Program-made: the position numbers and the translations under genes | The notes under the pieces: generated by a model | Databases searched by the model: none | What the model was told of the DNA's origin: nothing | Seen by the model: only the letters and a program-made list of their open reading frames with translations | DNA from: Candidatus Saccharimonadota bacterium | GTDB taxonomy: Bacteria > Pseudomonadota > Gammaproteobacteria > Enterobacterales > Enterobacteriaceae | Direction of reading: 5' to 3' | Assembly (NCBI GenBank): GCA_041941765.1 | Contig: CP145869.1 | Span: 240,001 to 272,000, forward strand | DNA: 32,000 nt | Shown: positions 22,737 through 32,000 of the stretch, one piece after another | How positions within the stretch are numbered: the stretch's first letter is position 1 | Layout of the letters: each line of letters starts with the position of its first letter

Positions 22737-23621
22737 TTAAATATAATTTTTATTACGATGACGATATCCTATTAATCCCATAACAGCAGCTAATAAACCC
22801 TCAATGATAAGTAAAACAAATGTAAACCAACTTATTCTAGCTATAGTTTTAAGAGTTGTTTCAGCAACATTAATAAGTTTTTGAACCGTTTTAAATTTCA
22901 TTTCTTGATATTTATGATAAATTTGTTTAATTTTTTGTACTAATTGTTCTATTTGTTCATCTGAATACTTAGAATGTGATTTTATCAGATATCGTAAAGA
23001 AACAATATCATTATCGCTTAAAGTACTTTGATTAGATTTAATTATCTTTTGTAACCAATTGATAAGGGATGGATCATTATAACTAGTTAAAGATTTCCAA
23101 TGTAAAAGTTCTTCTAGTTCTTCTTTAAAAGAATCAAAAAGATTTTTATTAGGCATAGTTCCCTCTGTAAGTTGTTGTGTTACATGAGAAATCATAGAAC
23201 CACTACTATTACTGATAGTTTGTAATCCAGTTCCAATTAAATTCATTGTATTACCAATTACACTAGAAAATATAAAAAATAGAAACCAAAAATATATTAA
23301 TGTTTTTATTGACCATACAAGAATACCATGAATCAATCCATCACTCTTAGCTAAGCGTCCAGAAATATAAGCTCCTACAGAAATAGCAACAAACATACTA
23401 ATGATAAGCCAAAAAATTATACCTGTTCCAAAATTATTATAATTGTTTTCAAAAAAAATCTTAAGAGTATTAATAGCACCAACTGCACTTCCTAAGATAA
23501 TCAATAAAAGTTCGATGATAAGAGATAAAATAACTCCAGCAAATATAGAATTCCAAGAAACATGTTTCAAAGGAAATATTGAATCATTCATATCATTATT
23601 AATAGTATGTTGATTAGACAT
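22737..23621 (-). CDS. Hypothetical membrane protein (3 N-terminal TM helices, a roughly 140-aa helical soluble region and a C-terminal TM anchor); no family recognised
   Basis: 294 aa counted from ATG 23621, which is preceded by a canonical SD aaggag (23630-23635 on the minus strand) with an 8-nt spacer. Hydrophobic segments: IFAGVILSLIIELLLIILGSAVGAI, IIFWLIISMFVAISVGAYISG, ILVWSIKTLIYFWFLFFIFSSVIG and WFTFVLLIIEGLLAAVMGLIGY. The ORF-track 5' extension to 23714 starts at a TTG and has no SD. Confidence 0.7.
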   Translation of the reverse strand: MSNQHTINNDMNDSIFPLKHVSWNSIFAGVILSLIIELLLIILGSAVGAINTLKIFFENNYNNFGTGIIFWLIISMFVAISVGAYISGRLAKSDGLIHGILVWSIKTLIYFWFLFFIFSSVIGNTMNLIGTGLQTISNSSGSMISHVTQQLTEGTMPNKNLFDSFKEELEELLHWKSLTSYNDPSLINWLQKIIKSNQSTLSDNDIVSLRYLIKSHSKYSDEQIEQLVQKIKQIYHKYQEMKFKTVQKLINVAETTLKTIARISWFTFVLLIIEGLLAAVMGLIGYRHRNKNYI

Positions 23622-23830
23622 ATTGAATACTCCTTTTGTTGTATAATAAATAAATGGTAAATTTATATTTTTCCTATAGTAAGTAAGCGTAAACAGGTAA
23701 TGAAGGTTTGACAAATGATTAAAGATGCAGCAAATGAAGTCAATTAACTTATATCATCTTTCTAATAAATCAGATATAATTAAAATTATAGTGAATAATA
23801 ATAATTGTTGCTAACCCTTTTTTAAATCAT

Positions 23831-24256
23831 ATGAATTTCAATTCTTATACAGAGTTTATTTTTTATTGTAGTATCAGTATGATTTTATGTGGTGTAATAC
23901 TATTATTATCATGGATATTAGGTGATAAATCTCACAGTAGAAATAAAAATCTTCCTTTTGAATCAGGTATTAATTCAGTTGGAAGTGCAAGATTACGTTT
24001 CTCAGCTAGATTTTTTTTAGTAGCTATATTATTTGTAATTTTTGATGTAGAAGCTATTTATTTATATATTTGGAGTATAACTATCCGAGAAACAGGCTGG
24101 TTAGGATTGATTGAAGCTACAATGTTTATTTTTGTATTGTTAATGAGTCTAATTTATTTATTACGTTTTAATGCTTTGGAAGGTACTTTATCAAAACAAT
24201 CGATCAAAATAAATAGTGATGAAAATAAAAATGAAATATATTATAACAACAATTAA
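23831..24256 (+). CDS. nuoA: NADH-quinone oxidoreductase subunit A
   Basis: 141 aa with three TM segments and the conserved PFESGI and [24 protein letters not shown]. First gene of a collinear nuoA-H series. Confidence 0.93.
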   Translation: MNFNSYTEFIFYCSISMILCGVILLLSWILGDKSHSRNKNLPFESGINSVGSARLRFSARFFLVAILFVIFDVEAIYLYIWSITIRETGWLGLIEATMFIFVLLMSLIYLLRFNALEGTLSKQSIKINSDENKNEIYYNNN

Positions 24257-24896
24257 TTCTACTTCTACAAAAAATTATGCAACTTCTTCAAAACTTGAAG
24301 AAGAGCAAATACAACATAATATTTTTATGGGAAAATTAGAATCTTTTATTCAAAAATGGGTAAAATGGGGTAGAAAAAATTCTCTATGGCCGTATAATTT
24401 TGGTCTTTCTTGTTGTTATGTTGAAATGGTTACAACATTTACTGCTGTTCATGATATTGCTAGATTTGGATCAGAAGTTTTAAGAGCATCACCTAGACAG
24501 GCCGATTTTATGGTAATTGCAGGGACTCCCTTTATTAAAATGGCTCCTATTATACGACGTCTTTATGATCAAATGTTAGATCCAAAATGGGTAATCTCTA
24601 TGGGTGCTTGTGCCAACTCAGGAGGTATGTATAATATTTATTCCGTAGTACAAGGCGTCGATAAATTTATTCCCGTGGATGTCTATATTCCTGGTTGTCC
24701 TCCTCGTCCTGAAGCGTATATACAAGCATTATTGTTATTACAAAAAGTTATAGATAATGAATCTCGACCTTTATCTTGGATAATTAAAGATAATAAGATT
24801 TATAATATGGATAATCAGCAGATGATTTCTGAACGTGAAAAAAATCGTCAAACTCGTATTAGAGTAAATAATTTACCTTTACCAGACCAAATCTAA
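24216..24896 (+). CDS. nuoB: NADH-quinone oxidoreductase subunit B
   Basis: N2 cluster ligands are present in [17 protein letters not shown] and PGCPPRPEA. The start is ambiguous: GTG 24216, ATG 24219 or ATG 24231. ATG 24231 gives 221 aa, closest to the E. coli length. All three options overlap the nuoA 3' end. Confidence 0.9.
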   Translation: MMKIKMKYIITTINSTSTKNYATSSKLEEEQIQHNIFMGKLESFIQKWVKWGRKNSLWPYNFGLSCCYVEMVTTFTAVHDIARFGSEVLRASPRQADFMVIAGTPFIKMAPIIRRLYDQMLDPKWVISMGACANSGGMYNIYSVVQGVDKFIPVDVYIPGCPPRPEAYIQALLLLQKVIDNESRPLSWIIKDNKIYNMDNQQMISEREKNRQTRIRVNNLPLPDQI

Positions 24897-24942
24897 TTTT
24901 TAATTGAAATAGTAATAAAAAACCATTTTATCTGAAAAAAAT

Positions 24943-26730
24943 ATGATAAATTTTTTTTTACATAATTCAAAAACACCACAATCTAATGATCCTATAATTT
25001 CCGAGTTAAAAAATGAATTTGGATCGAATGCTTTTTTTCTCCAATCAACTAAAATGGATTGTCCAATTATTTGGATAGAACATGAACAATTATTAAAAAT
25101 AATATCTTTTTTACGTAATAAAATACCAAAACCTTATGTAATGTTATATGATTTACACGCTGTAGATGAACGGTTACGTACTTATCGTCCTAAATTACCA
25201 AATCCAGCTGATTTTTCAGTATTTTATCATTTATTATCTATTGAACGTAATTCAGACATTATGATTAAAATTGCATTATCAGCTAATAAACTTCAAGTAT
25301 CTTCATTAACTAAATTATTTCAGAACGCTAATTGGTATGAACGTGAAATTTGGGATATGTTTGGTATTATTTTTATTGGACATCCTAATTTAACGAGAAT
25401 CTTAATGCCTCCAAAATGGGTAGGTTTTCCATTAAGAAAAGATTATCCAGCTCGTGCAACTGAATTTGATCGTTATATTCTTACTGAAAAAAAAGAAGAT
25501 ACAGAAATGGAAGCACTCACCTTTAATCCTGAAGATTGGGGCATGAAATATAGTACTGAAGATAAAGATTTTATGTTTCTTAATTTTGGTCCTAACCATC
25601 CGTCTGCACATGGAGCATTTAGAATTATTTTACAACTTGATGGAGAAGAAATTGTAAATTGTGTTCCAGATATTGGTTACCATCATCGTGGTGCAGAAAA
25701 AATAGCAGAAATTAAAACATGGCATAATTATATTCCTTATACAGATCGTATTGAATATTTAGGTGGTTGTATTAATGAAATGGCTTATGTATTAGCAGTG
25801 GAAAAATTAGCAGGTATAACAGTACCGGATCGAGTTAAAGTTATTCGCATTCTTCTTTCAGAATTATTTCGTATTAATAGTCATCTTTTATATATCTCTA
25901 CTTTTATTCAAGATATAGGAGCTATGACTCCAGTCTTTTTAGCCTTTACTGATCGACAGAAAATTTATGATTTAATTGAAGCTATTACTGGTTCTCGTAT
26001 GCATCCAGCTTGGTTTAGGATAGGGGGTGTTGCACATGATTTACCTAAGGGTTGGCAACATTTATTACAAGAAATTATTCATTGGATACCCAAACGAATT
26101 AATTTTTATATAAAAACTGCACTTAAAAATAGCATTTTAATAAAAAGATCAAAAGGAATAGCAAGTTATGGAAGACAAGAAGCTTTTAATTGGGGAATAA
26201 CAGGGGCTGGATTACGGGCTACGGGTATTGATTTTGATATTCGTAAGGCACGACCTTATTCAGGATACGAAAATTTTGATTTTCAGATCCCTATAGGTAA
26301 TGGTATTAGTGATTGTTATAATAGAGTTATGTTAAAAGTAGAAGAAATCTTTCAAAGTTTACATATTTTAGAACAGTGTTTAAATCATATGCCATCTGGT
26401 CCATTTAAAGCAGATCATCCATTAACTACACCTCCACCAAAAGAACGTTCCTTACAACATATTGAAAGTCTAATTTTTCATTTTATAAATTTATCATGGG
26501 GACCTAGAATACCAGCCAATGAATCTTTTCAAATGGTAGAAGCTACTAAGGGTATCAATAGTTATTATTTAATTAGTGATGATAGTACTATGAGTTATAG
26601 AACTAGAATACGTACTCCAAGTTTTGCACACTTACAACAAATACCTTCGGTGATTAGAGGTAGCGTAATCTCGGATTTAGTAGTTTATCTAGGAAGTATT
26701 GATTTTGTTATGTCAGATGTGGATCGTTAA
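24943..26730 (+). CDS. nuoC: NADH-quinone oxidoreductase fused subunit C/D
   Basis: 595 aa fusion, as in E. coli. C part: [27 protein letters not shown] part: [23 protein letters not shown] and the C-terminal [10 protein letters not shown]. Confidence 0.96.
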   Translation: MINFFLHNSKTPQSNDPIISELKNEFGSNAFFLQSTKMDCPIIWIEHEQLLKIISFLRNKIPKPYVMLYDLHAVDERLRTYRPKLPNPADFSVFYHLLSIERNSDIMIKIALSANKLQVSSLTKLFQNANWYEREIWDMFGIIFIGHPNLTRILMPPKWVGFPLRKDYPARATEFDRYILTEKKEDTEMEALTFNPEDWGMKYSTEDKDFMFLNFGPNHPSAHGAFRIILQLDGEEIVNCVPDIGYHHRGAEKIAEIKTWHNYIPYTDRIEYLGGCINEMAYVLAVEKLAGITVPDRVKVIRILLSELFRINSHLLYISTFIQDIGAMTPVFLAFTDRQKIYDLIEAITGSRMHPAWFRIGGVAHDLPKGWQHLLQEIIHWIPKRINFYIKTALKNSILIKRSKGIASYGRQEAFNWGITGAGLRATGIDFDIRKARPYSGYENFDFQIPIGNGISDCYNRVMLKVEEIFQSLHILEQCLNHMPSGPFKADHPLTTPPPKERSLQHIESLIFHFINLSWGPRIPANESFQMVEATKGINSYYLISDDSTMSYRTRIRTPSFAHLQQIPSVIRGSVISDLVVYLGSIDFVMSDVDR

Positions 26731-26731
26731 T

Positions 26732-27226
26732 ATGAAAAAGGAGATTCCGAATCATTTTATCTTAACTTTAAGAGAACAAAGTGAAATTGAACAAGAAAAA
26801 AAAAATTATGAAAATACTAGATCAGTTGTAGTTGAAGCATTAAAAATAGTTCAAAAATATCGGGGTTGGGTATCGGACGATGCAATTGAAGCAATTGCTC
26901 AAATATTAAATATATCTGCTAATGATATTGAAGGTATAGCGACTTTTTATAGTTCTATTTTTAGATCTCCCGTAGGACGCCATATTATTAGATATTGTGA
27001 CAGTTATGTTTGTTATATGAATGGTTATGAAAAGATTCAATATCTTCTTGAAAAAATTTTAAAAATTAAGATAGGGCAAACTACCTCAGATAAACGATTT
27101 ACATTATTACCAACTAGTTGTCTTGGTTATTGTGATAAAAGTCCTGCATTAATGATAGATGATAACATGTACGGTCCAATTAATAATTACAATTTCATTC
27201 TCGTCCTGTTGGAACAATATCAATGA
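26732..27226 (+). CDS. nuoE: NADH-quinone oxidoreductase subunit E
   Basis: [18 protein letters not shown], and [2Fe-2S] ligands in RYCDSYVC and [11 protein letters not shown] prefer ATG 26732, 1 nt after the nuoCD stop and aligned with the E. coli N-terminus, over the ORF-track start at 26699. The TGA stop overlaps the nuoF ATG. Confidence 0.93.
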   Translation: MKKEIPNHFILTLREQSEIEQEKKNYENTRSVVVEALKIVQKYRGWVSDDAIEAIAQILNISANDIEGIATFYSSIFRSPVGRHIIRYCDSYVCYMNGYEKIQYLLEKILKIKIGQTTSDKRFTLLPTSCLGYCDKSPALMIDDNMYGPINNYNFILVLLEQYQ

Positions 27227-28563
27227 AAAAACATATATCTTCTGAAACGCATCCATTAACCTGGAGATTACGTCAAGATAAGAATCCAGTATGGATAAAA
27301 GAATATTGTAATAAAAGAGGTTATATAGGTGCTAAAAAAGCCTTAAAAATGATGACTGCAAATGAAATATTAAATCTCATAAAAGAATCTGGTTTAAAAG
27401 GAAGAGGAGGTGCTGGATTTCCTACAGGAATAAAATGGAGTTTTATGTTGCCTCATGATAATACTACTGAAAAAACACCACGTTATTTATTATGCAATGC
27501 AGATGAAATGGAACCAGGAACTTACAAAGATCGTATCTTATTAGAACAATTACCACATTTAGTTATAGAAGGGATGTTAATTAGTGCTTTTACCTTACAA
27601 GCCAATAAAGGTTATATTTTTTTACGTGGTGAATATATTCAAGCAGCTGTGAATTTACGTATTGCGATTAATCAAGCCAATGAAGCTGGTTGGTTAGGAA
27701 AAAAGATTCTTAATACTGATTTTGATTTTGAAATTTTTTTACATACTGGTGCAGGAAGATATATATGTGGAGAAGAAACTGCATTAATAAATTCTCTTGA
27801 AGGATATCGTCCAAATCCACGTGCTAAACCTCCATTTCCTGCCGTAATAGGATTATGGGGAAAACCAACATGTGTTAATAATGTTGAAACATTATGTAAT
27901 GTCCCTGCAATTATAGAAAAGGGGGTAGAATGGTATAAAAGTTTATCCACTAAAAATAGTAAAGATAATGGTACTAAATTAATGGGTTTTTCAGGTAGAG
28001 TAAAACATCCAGGCGTTTGGGAATTACCTTTTGGTATTTCAGCTCGTGAACTTTTTGAAGATTATGCAGGAGGAATGTGTGAAGGTTTAACTTTAAAAGC
28101 TTGGCAACCTGGGGGAGCAAGTACTGCTTTTTTAACTCAAAATCATTTGGATTTACCTATGGACATTGAAAATTTAAATCGAGTTGGGAGTCGTTTAGGT
28201 ACTGCTTTATCTGTAGCCGTTGATAATTCTATTAATATGATATCGTTAATTCGTAATTTAGAACAATTTTTTGCTAGAGAATCTTGTGGATGGTGTACTC
28301 CTTGTAGAGATGGTTTACCTTGGATTGTAAATATATTAAAAGCACTAGAAGAAGGCCAAGGTCAATCTGGTGATATTGAAACTCTTGAAACTTTATGTAG
28401 AGAATTAGGATCCGGAAAATCATTTTGTTATCATGCACCTGGAGCAGTAGAACCATTACAAAGTGCATTAAAATATTTTCGTTATGAATTTGAAAAAGGG
28501 ATTAACTGTCATCACCAAATAGAAATAAAATTTATTAAGGGTATACAATCTAATTTAACTTAA
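27223..28563 (+). CDS. nuoF: NADH-quinone oxidoreductase subunit F (NADH/FMN-binding)
   Basis: [49 protein letters not shown] and the N3 cluster [12 protein letters not shown]. Confidence 0.97.
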   Translation: MKKHISSETHPLTWRLRQDKNPVWIKEYCNKRGYIGAKKALKMMTANEILNLIKESGLKGRGGAGFPTGIKWSFMLPHDNTTEKTPRYLLCNADEMEPGTYKDRILLEQLPHLVIEGMLISAFTLQANKGYIFLRGEYIQAAVNLRIAINQANEAGWLGKKILNTDFDFEIFLHTGAGRYICGEETALINSLEGYRPNPRAKPPFPAVIGLWGKPTCVNNVETLCNVPAIIEKGVEWYKSLSTKNSKDNGTKLMGFSGRVKHPGVWELPFGISARELFEDYAGGMCEGLTLKAWQPGGASTAFLTQNHLDLPMDIENLNRVGSRLGTALSVAVDNSINMISLIRNLEQFFARESCGWCTPCRDGLPWIVNILKALEEGQGQSGDIETLETLCRELGSGKSFCYHAPGAVEPLQSALKYFRYEFEKGINCHHQIEIKFIKGIQSNLT

Positions 28564-28582
28564 CAAGTTTTACAGATGTAAT

Positions 28583-31354
28583 ATGCTAAGAATTAATATA
28601 GATAGTAAACAATATGAAGTAGCAAATCACACCAAAAATTTATTAGAAACTTGCTTATCATTGAATCTTGATATTCCATATTTTTGTTGGCATCCTGCTT
28701 TAGGTAGTGTCGGTTCTTGTCGTGTTTGTGCAGTTAAACAATATCAACATTCTGAAGATCCTCATGGTTCTTTAGTTATGTCATGTATGACACCTATCTC
28801 CGATAATAGTTTTTTTTCTATACAAGATCTTGAAGCTCAAACCTTTCGTAAAACAATTTTGGAATTATTAATGACAAATCATCCACATGATTGTCCCGTA
28901 TGTGAAGAGGCAGGTAATTGTCATTTACAAGATATGCTTATAATGACAGGACATAACTACCGAAGTTATCGTTTTAAAAAACGTACCTATATTAATCAAA
29001 ATTTAGGTCCATTTATCTCTCATGAAATGAATCGTTGTATTGTTTGTTACCGTTGTGTACGGTATTATAATAATTATGCTGATGGTAAAGATTTTGGAGT
29101 TTATGGAGCGCATAATAATATTTATTTTGGAAGAATTAAAGATGGAGTATTAGAAAATGAATTTTCAGGTAATTTAGTAGAAATATGTCCAACAGGAGTT
29201 TTTACTGATAAAACGAGTTCAAAACATTATAGTAGAAAATGGGATATGCAATTTGCACCTAGTATTTGTCAACATTGTAGTGTTGGTTGTAATATTAGTA
29301 TTGGTGAACGTTATGGAATAATAAGACATATTGAAAATCGTTATCATGGTAAAATTAATCATTATTTTATTTGTGATCGTGGTAGATTTGGATATGAATA
29401 TCTTAATTTATCAGATAGGCCTCAGTATCCTTTAGAATTTAGAGATGGAAAAAAAAATATACTAACTTCTAATCAAATTTTAAATAAAACTACCGCTATT
29501 TTGCGAGATGCTAAAAAAATTATTGGAATTGGTTCTAGTCGTGCGAGTATAGAAAGTAATTTTGCACTTCGTGAATTAGTTGGATCAAAAAATTTCTATA
29601 TAGCAGCAACCCCTTGTGAACAAAAAATTATTTCACTTATAATCAAAATTTTATACTACAGTGGAGTTTATACTCCTACTTTACGCGAAATAGAAAGTTA
29701 TGATGCTATTTTAATTCTTGGAGAAGATATTACACAAACTAGTGCTCGAATAGCATTAGCTGTTCGTCAAGCAGTTAAAAAATCTGCTAATTTTATTGCT
29801 ACAAAAAATAATTTACCCATTTGGCAAATGGCAGCTCTTCTAACTAGAGGACAAGAAAAAAAATATCCATTATTTGTTACTAATTTAGATCAAACTGCTC
29901 TAGATGATATTGCTACATGGAGTTATTATGCTTCAATAGAAGATCAAGCAAGATTAGGTTTTGCTATTGCTCATATGCTTAATAATAATGCACCCAAAGT
30001 TCCAAATTTGGATCATGAAATTATAAGTAAAGCCCATTTCATTGCTAAAACCTTGAAAAATGCGAAAAAACCTTTGATTATTTCAGGAAGTAGTTCAGGT
30101 AGTGAAGAATTAATCAAATCTGCTGCTAATGTTGCTAAAGCACTTTTAGAGTCAGGATCAAATAATGTAGGGATAACTTTATTACCTAGTGAGGTTAATA
30201 GTCTTGGATTAGGTCTTTTATCAGCTAGTAGTAGTGATCAAGGGTTAGAAATGGCTTTTAATGAATTTCACAATCAAAGTGCAGATACATTAATTATTTT
30301 AGAAAATGATTTATATCGTTTTTTTCAAAAAACTAAAATCGATCAACTTTTAGATAATATTAAAAATATTTTTGTATTAGATCATCAAAATACTAAAACT
30401 TTACAAAAGGCTCATTTTGTATTTCCGGTTGCTAGTTTTGCTGAAAGCGATGGTACAGTTATTAATAATGAAGTACGTGCTCAAAGATTCTTTCAAGTTT
30501 ATGATCCATGTCATTATAATTCGAATCTGTCTATACAGACAAGCTGGCGTTGGTTGGATTTAATAAAATGCAAAAGATTATCTTCTACTTCTACATCGGA
30601 AAAAATTACCTGGAAAAATTTAGATGATGTAATTGATGCTTGTATAACAGTTTTTCCAAATTTAAAAGGTATTAAAAAAGCTGCTCCAAATTCTAAGTTT
30701 CGCATTTTTGGGCAAAAAATGGCACGAAAATCCCAACGATTTAGTGGTGAAACATCAATGTATACACATATTAATATTCATGAACCAAGTACACCCAAAG
30801 ATAACGATTCAATGTTTACATTTTCTAAAGAAGGAAATAATAGTCCTTTTGAGTGTAATCAGCATATACCTTTTGCTTGGGTTGCTGGATGGAATTCCAT
30901 ACAAGCTTGGAATAAATATCAAAAAGAGGTAGGAGGAACATTACGTTATGGTGATTCTGGAATTCGATTAATTACATCTATCAAAAATTCTTTTAAGTTA
31001 TCTTGGTTTACTGAAATTCCAAGTATTTTTTTTAAAAAAGGTTATAAATTACGTATTGTTCCATATTATCATTTATTTGGGAGTGAGGAATTATCTCAAA
31101 AAAGTCAAGTAATACAACAAAGAATTCCCTCAAGTTACTGTATTATAAATGATAAAGATGCATTATTATCAGGATGGTCTTCTATAAATAGTCTAGTCGA
31201 ATTAACCATTCAGAATGAGATTTTTAATTTAGTTTTATATACTTCTAAGAAATTATCTAGTGGCTTAATTGGATTACCTTTAGGATTTACTGGTTTTCCA
31301 TTAGAATTAAACGGTCTTTATATAGATAATTTTAGGATTTTAAAGAATGGATAG
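28583..31354 (+). CDS. nuoG: NADH-quinone oxidoreductase subunit G
   Basis: 923 aa. All Fe-S motifs are present: CWHP...GSCRVCAV...[32 protein letters not shown]...CPTGVF and CQHCSVGCN...FICDRGRF. Confidence 0.97.
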   Translation: MLRINIDSKQYEVANHTKNLLETCLSLNLDIPYFCWHPALGSVGSCRVCAVKQYQHSEDPHGSLVMSCMTPISDNSFFSIQDLEAQTFRKTILELLMTNHPHDCPVCEEAGNCHLQDMLIMTGHNYRSYRFKKRTYINQNLGPFISHEMNRCIVCYRCVRYYNNYADGKDFGVYGAHNNIYFGRIKDGVLENEFSGNLVEICPTGVFTDKTSSKHYSRKWDMQFAPSICQHCSVGCNISIGERYGIIRHIENRYHGKINHYFICDRGRFGYEYLNLSDRPQYPLEFRDGKKNILTSNQILNKTTAILRDAKKIIGIGSSRASIESNFALRELVGSKNFYIAATPCEQKIISLIIKILYYSGVYTPTLREIESYDAILILGEDITQTSARIALAVRQAVKKSANFIATKNNLPIWQMAALLTRGQEKKYPLFVTNLDQTALDDIATWSYYASIEDQARLGFAIAHMLNNNAPKVPNLDHEIISKAHFIAKTLKNAKKPLIISGSSSGSEELIKSAANVAKALLESGSNNVGITLLPSEVNSLGLGLLSASSSDQGLEMAFNEFHNQSADTLIILENDLYRFFQKTKIDQLLDNIKNIFVLDHQNTKTLQKAHFVFPVASFAESDGTVINNEVRAQRFFQVYDPCHYNSNLSIQTSWRWLDLIKCKRLSSTSTSEKITWKNLDDVIDACITVFPNLKGIKKAAPNSKFRIFGQKMARKSQRFSGETSMYTHINIHEPSTPKDNDSMFTFSKEGNNSPFECNQHIPFAWVAGWNSIQAWNKYQKEVGGTLRYGDSGIRLITSIKNSFKLSWFTEIPSIFFKKGYKLRIVPYYHLFGSEELSQKSQVIQQRIPSSYCIINDKDALLSGWSSINSLVELTIQNEIFNLVLYTSKKLSSGLIGLPLGFTGFPLELNGLYIDNFRILKNG

Positions 31355-32000
31355 AAGTCAAATTTTTTTAAATTTGTCAAAATCCATTATTATTTTATTA
31401 GGCGTGTTATTTTGTAGTACTTTTATGAGTTTTATTGAAAGAAGAGTCTTAGCTTTAGTACAAAATAGATATGGTCCTAATCAAGTAGGATGGTATGGTT
31501 TATTACAAGTCTTTGCTGATATGATTAAAATTATCTTTAAAGAAGATTGGATACCTCCTTTTTCAGATCGATTCATATTTATTATAGCTCCTCTTATTAC
31601 ATTTAATAGTTTATTATTATGTTTTACTATTATACCCATTACTAAATCTTGGGTAGTAATTAATTTAAATTGGGGGGTATTATTTTTTTTGATGATGGCT
31701 AGTTTATCTGTTTATGCAGTATTATTTGCAGGATGGGCAAGTAATAATAAATATTCTCTTCTTGGCGCACTAAGAGCAGCAGCACAAACTCTTAGCTATG
31801 AAGTTTTTCTTGGTTTATCTTTAATGGGAGTCGTAGCTAAAGCTGGTTCTTTTAATCTCATAGAAATAGTTCGTAATCAAATGAATATATGGAATATAAT
31901 TCCTCAATTTTTTGGATTTATTACTTTTTTTATCAGTGGTATTGCTCTTTGTCATCGTCATCCGTTTGACCAACCGGAAACAGAACAAGAATTAGTATCA
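31347..32000 (+). CDS. nuoH: NADH-quinone oxidoreductase subunit H, 3' end truncated by the window edge
   Basis: Not in the ORF track because it has no stop in the window. ATG 31347 overlaps the nuoG stop by 8 nt. The translation [75 protein letters not shown] matches the NuoH consensus (FMSF.ERR.L.L.QNRYGPN.VG, ADMIK.FFKEDWIP). The frame is open to base 32000. Confidence 0.93.
   Translation, partial: MDRSQIFLNLSKSIIILLGVLFCSTFMSFIERRVLALVQNRYGPNQVGWYGLLQVFADMIKIIFKEDWIPPFSDRFIFIIAPLITFNSLLLCFTIIPITKSWVVINLNWGVLFFLMMASLSVYAVLFAGWASNNKYSLLGALRAAAQTLSYEVFLGLSLMGVVAKAGSFNLIEIVRNQMNIWNIIPQFFGFITFFISGIALCHRHPFDQPETEQELVS

Noticed and set aside
23622-23714. A 31-codon 5' extension of the orphan membrane ORF (MSNLHYLFTLTYYRKNINLPFIYYTTKGVFN).
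   Set aside because: The extension begins at a TTG and has no SD. The internal ATG at 23621 has a canonical aaggag at ideal spacing. The extension is low-complexity, AT-driven sequence.
23708-23780. Promoter-like hexamers upstream of nuoA: TTGACA at 23708-23713 and TATAAT at 23775-23780.
   Set aside because: The two elements are 61 bp apart, so they cannot be one promoter, and neither has a properly spaced partner. At about 75% AT, TATAAT-like strings occur by chance too often to call without transcript mapping.
26699-26731. An upstream start for nuoE overlapping the nuoCD 3' end ([11 protein letters not shown]).
   Set aside because: The extension has no counterpart in NuoE orthologs. ATG 26732 sits 1 nt after the nuoCD stop and aligns with the family N-terminus.
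27672-30932. ORFs 27672-27950 (-), 28274-28468 (-), 30514-30705 (-) and 30708-30932 (+), inside nuoF and nuoG.
   Set aside because: They overlap conserved nuoF and nuoG coding sequence in the antisense direction or the wrong frame, and show no independent signals.

Overview
This 32 kb window is very AT-rich (roughly 25-30% GC by eye), extremely gene-dense and almost repeat-free. Every recognisable protein is a close relative of an Escherichia coli housekeeping protein. The gene order reads as collapsed E. coli synteny blocks: prlC / tusA / rsmD-ftsY-[ftsEX absent]-rpoH / mdh-rplM-rpsI / ibaG-murA / rplU-rpmA-obgE / ybjG-ybjL / ligA / lepA-lepB-rnc-era-[recO,pdxJ absent]-acpS-yfhL / ffs / aspC / truA / ubiX / nuoA-H. 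This pattern fits a reduced genome of an obligate, insect-type endosymbiont within Enterobacterales (Blochmannia/Buchnera-like). The exact taxon cannot be fixed without a database search. I call 33 protein-coding genes, 1 pseudogene (murA), 1 ncRNA (the 4.5S/SRP RNA, invisible to the ORF track) and three hairpin terminator candidates. I found no tRNA, rRNA, IS or transposase, integrase, phage, CRISPR, toxin-antitoxin or defence-like content, and no multi-gene cluster of unknown function. My honest assessment is that this is ordinary core genome, not an accessory island carrying a novel system. The items worth a second look are: (1) an eroded murA pseudogene whose catalytic Cys codon is also changed; (2) an intact orphan membrane protein with a strong Shine-Dalgarno, between ubiX and the nuo operon; (3) a LigA that ends cleanly before the BRCT domain; (4) a DUF1820-like small protein and a highly conserved YbjL-type transporter, both retained despite genome reduction; (5) several A9-A11 or T9 homopolymers inside intact essential genes, which are slippage-prone; (6) tail-to-tail gene overlaps and operon fusions left by deletion.
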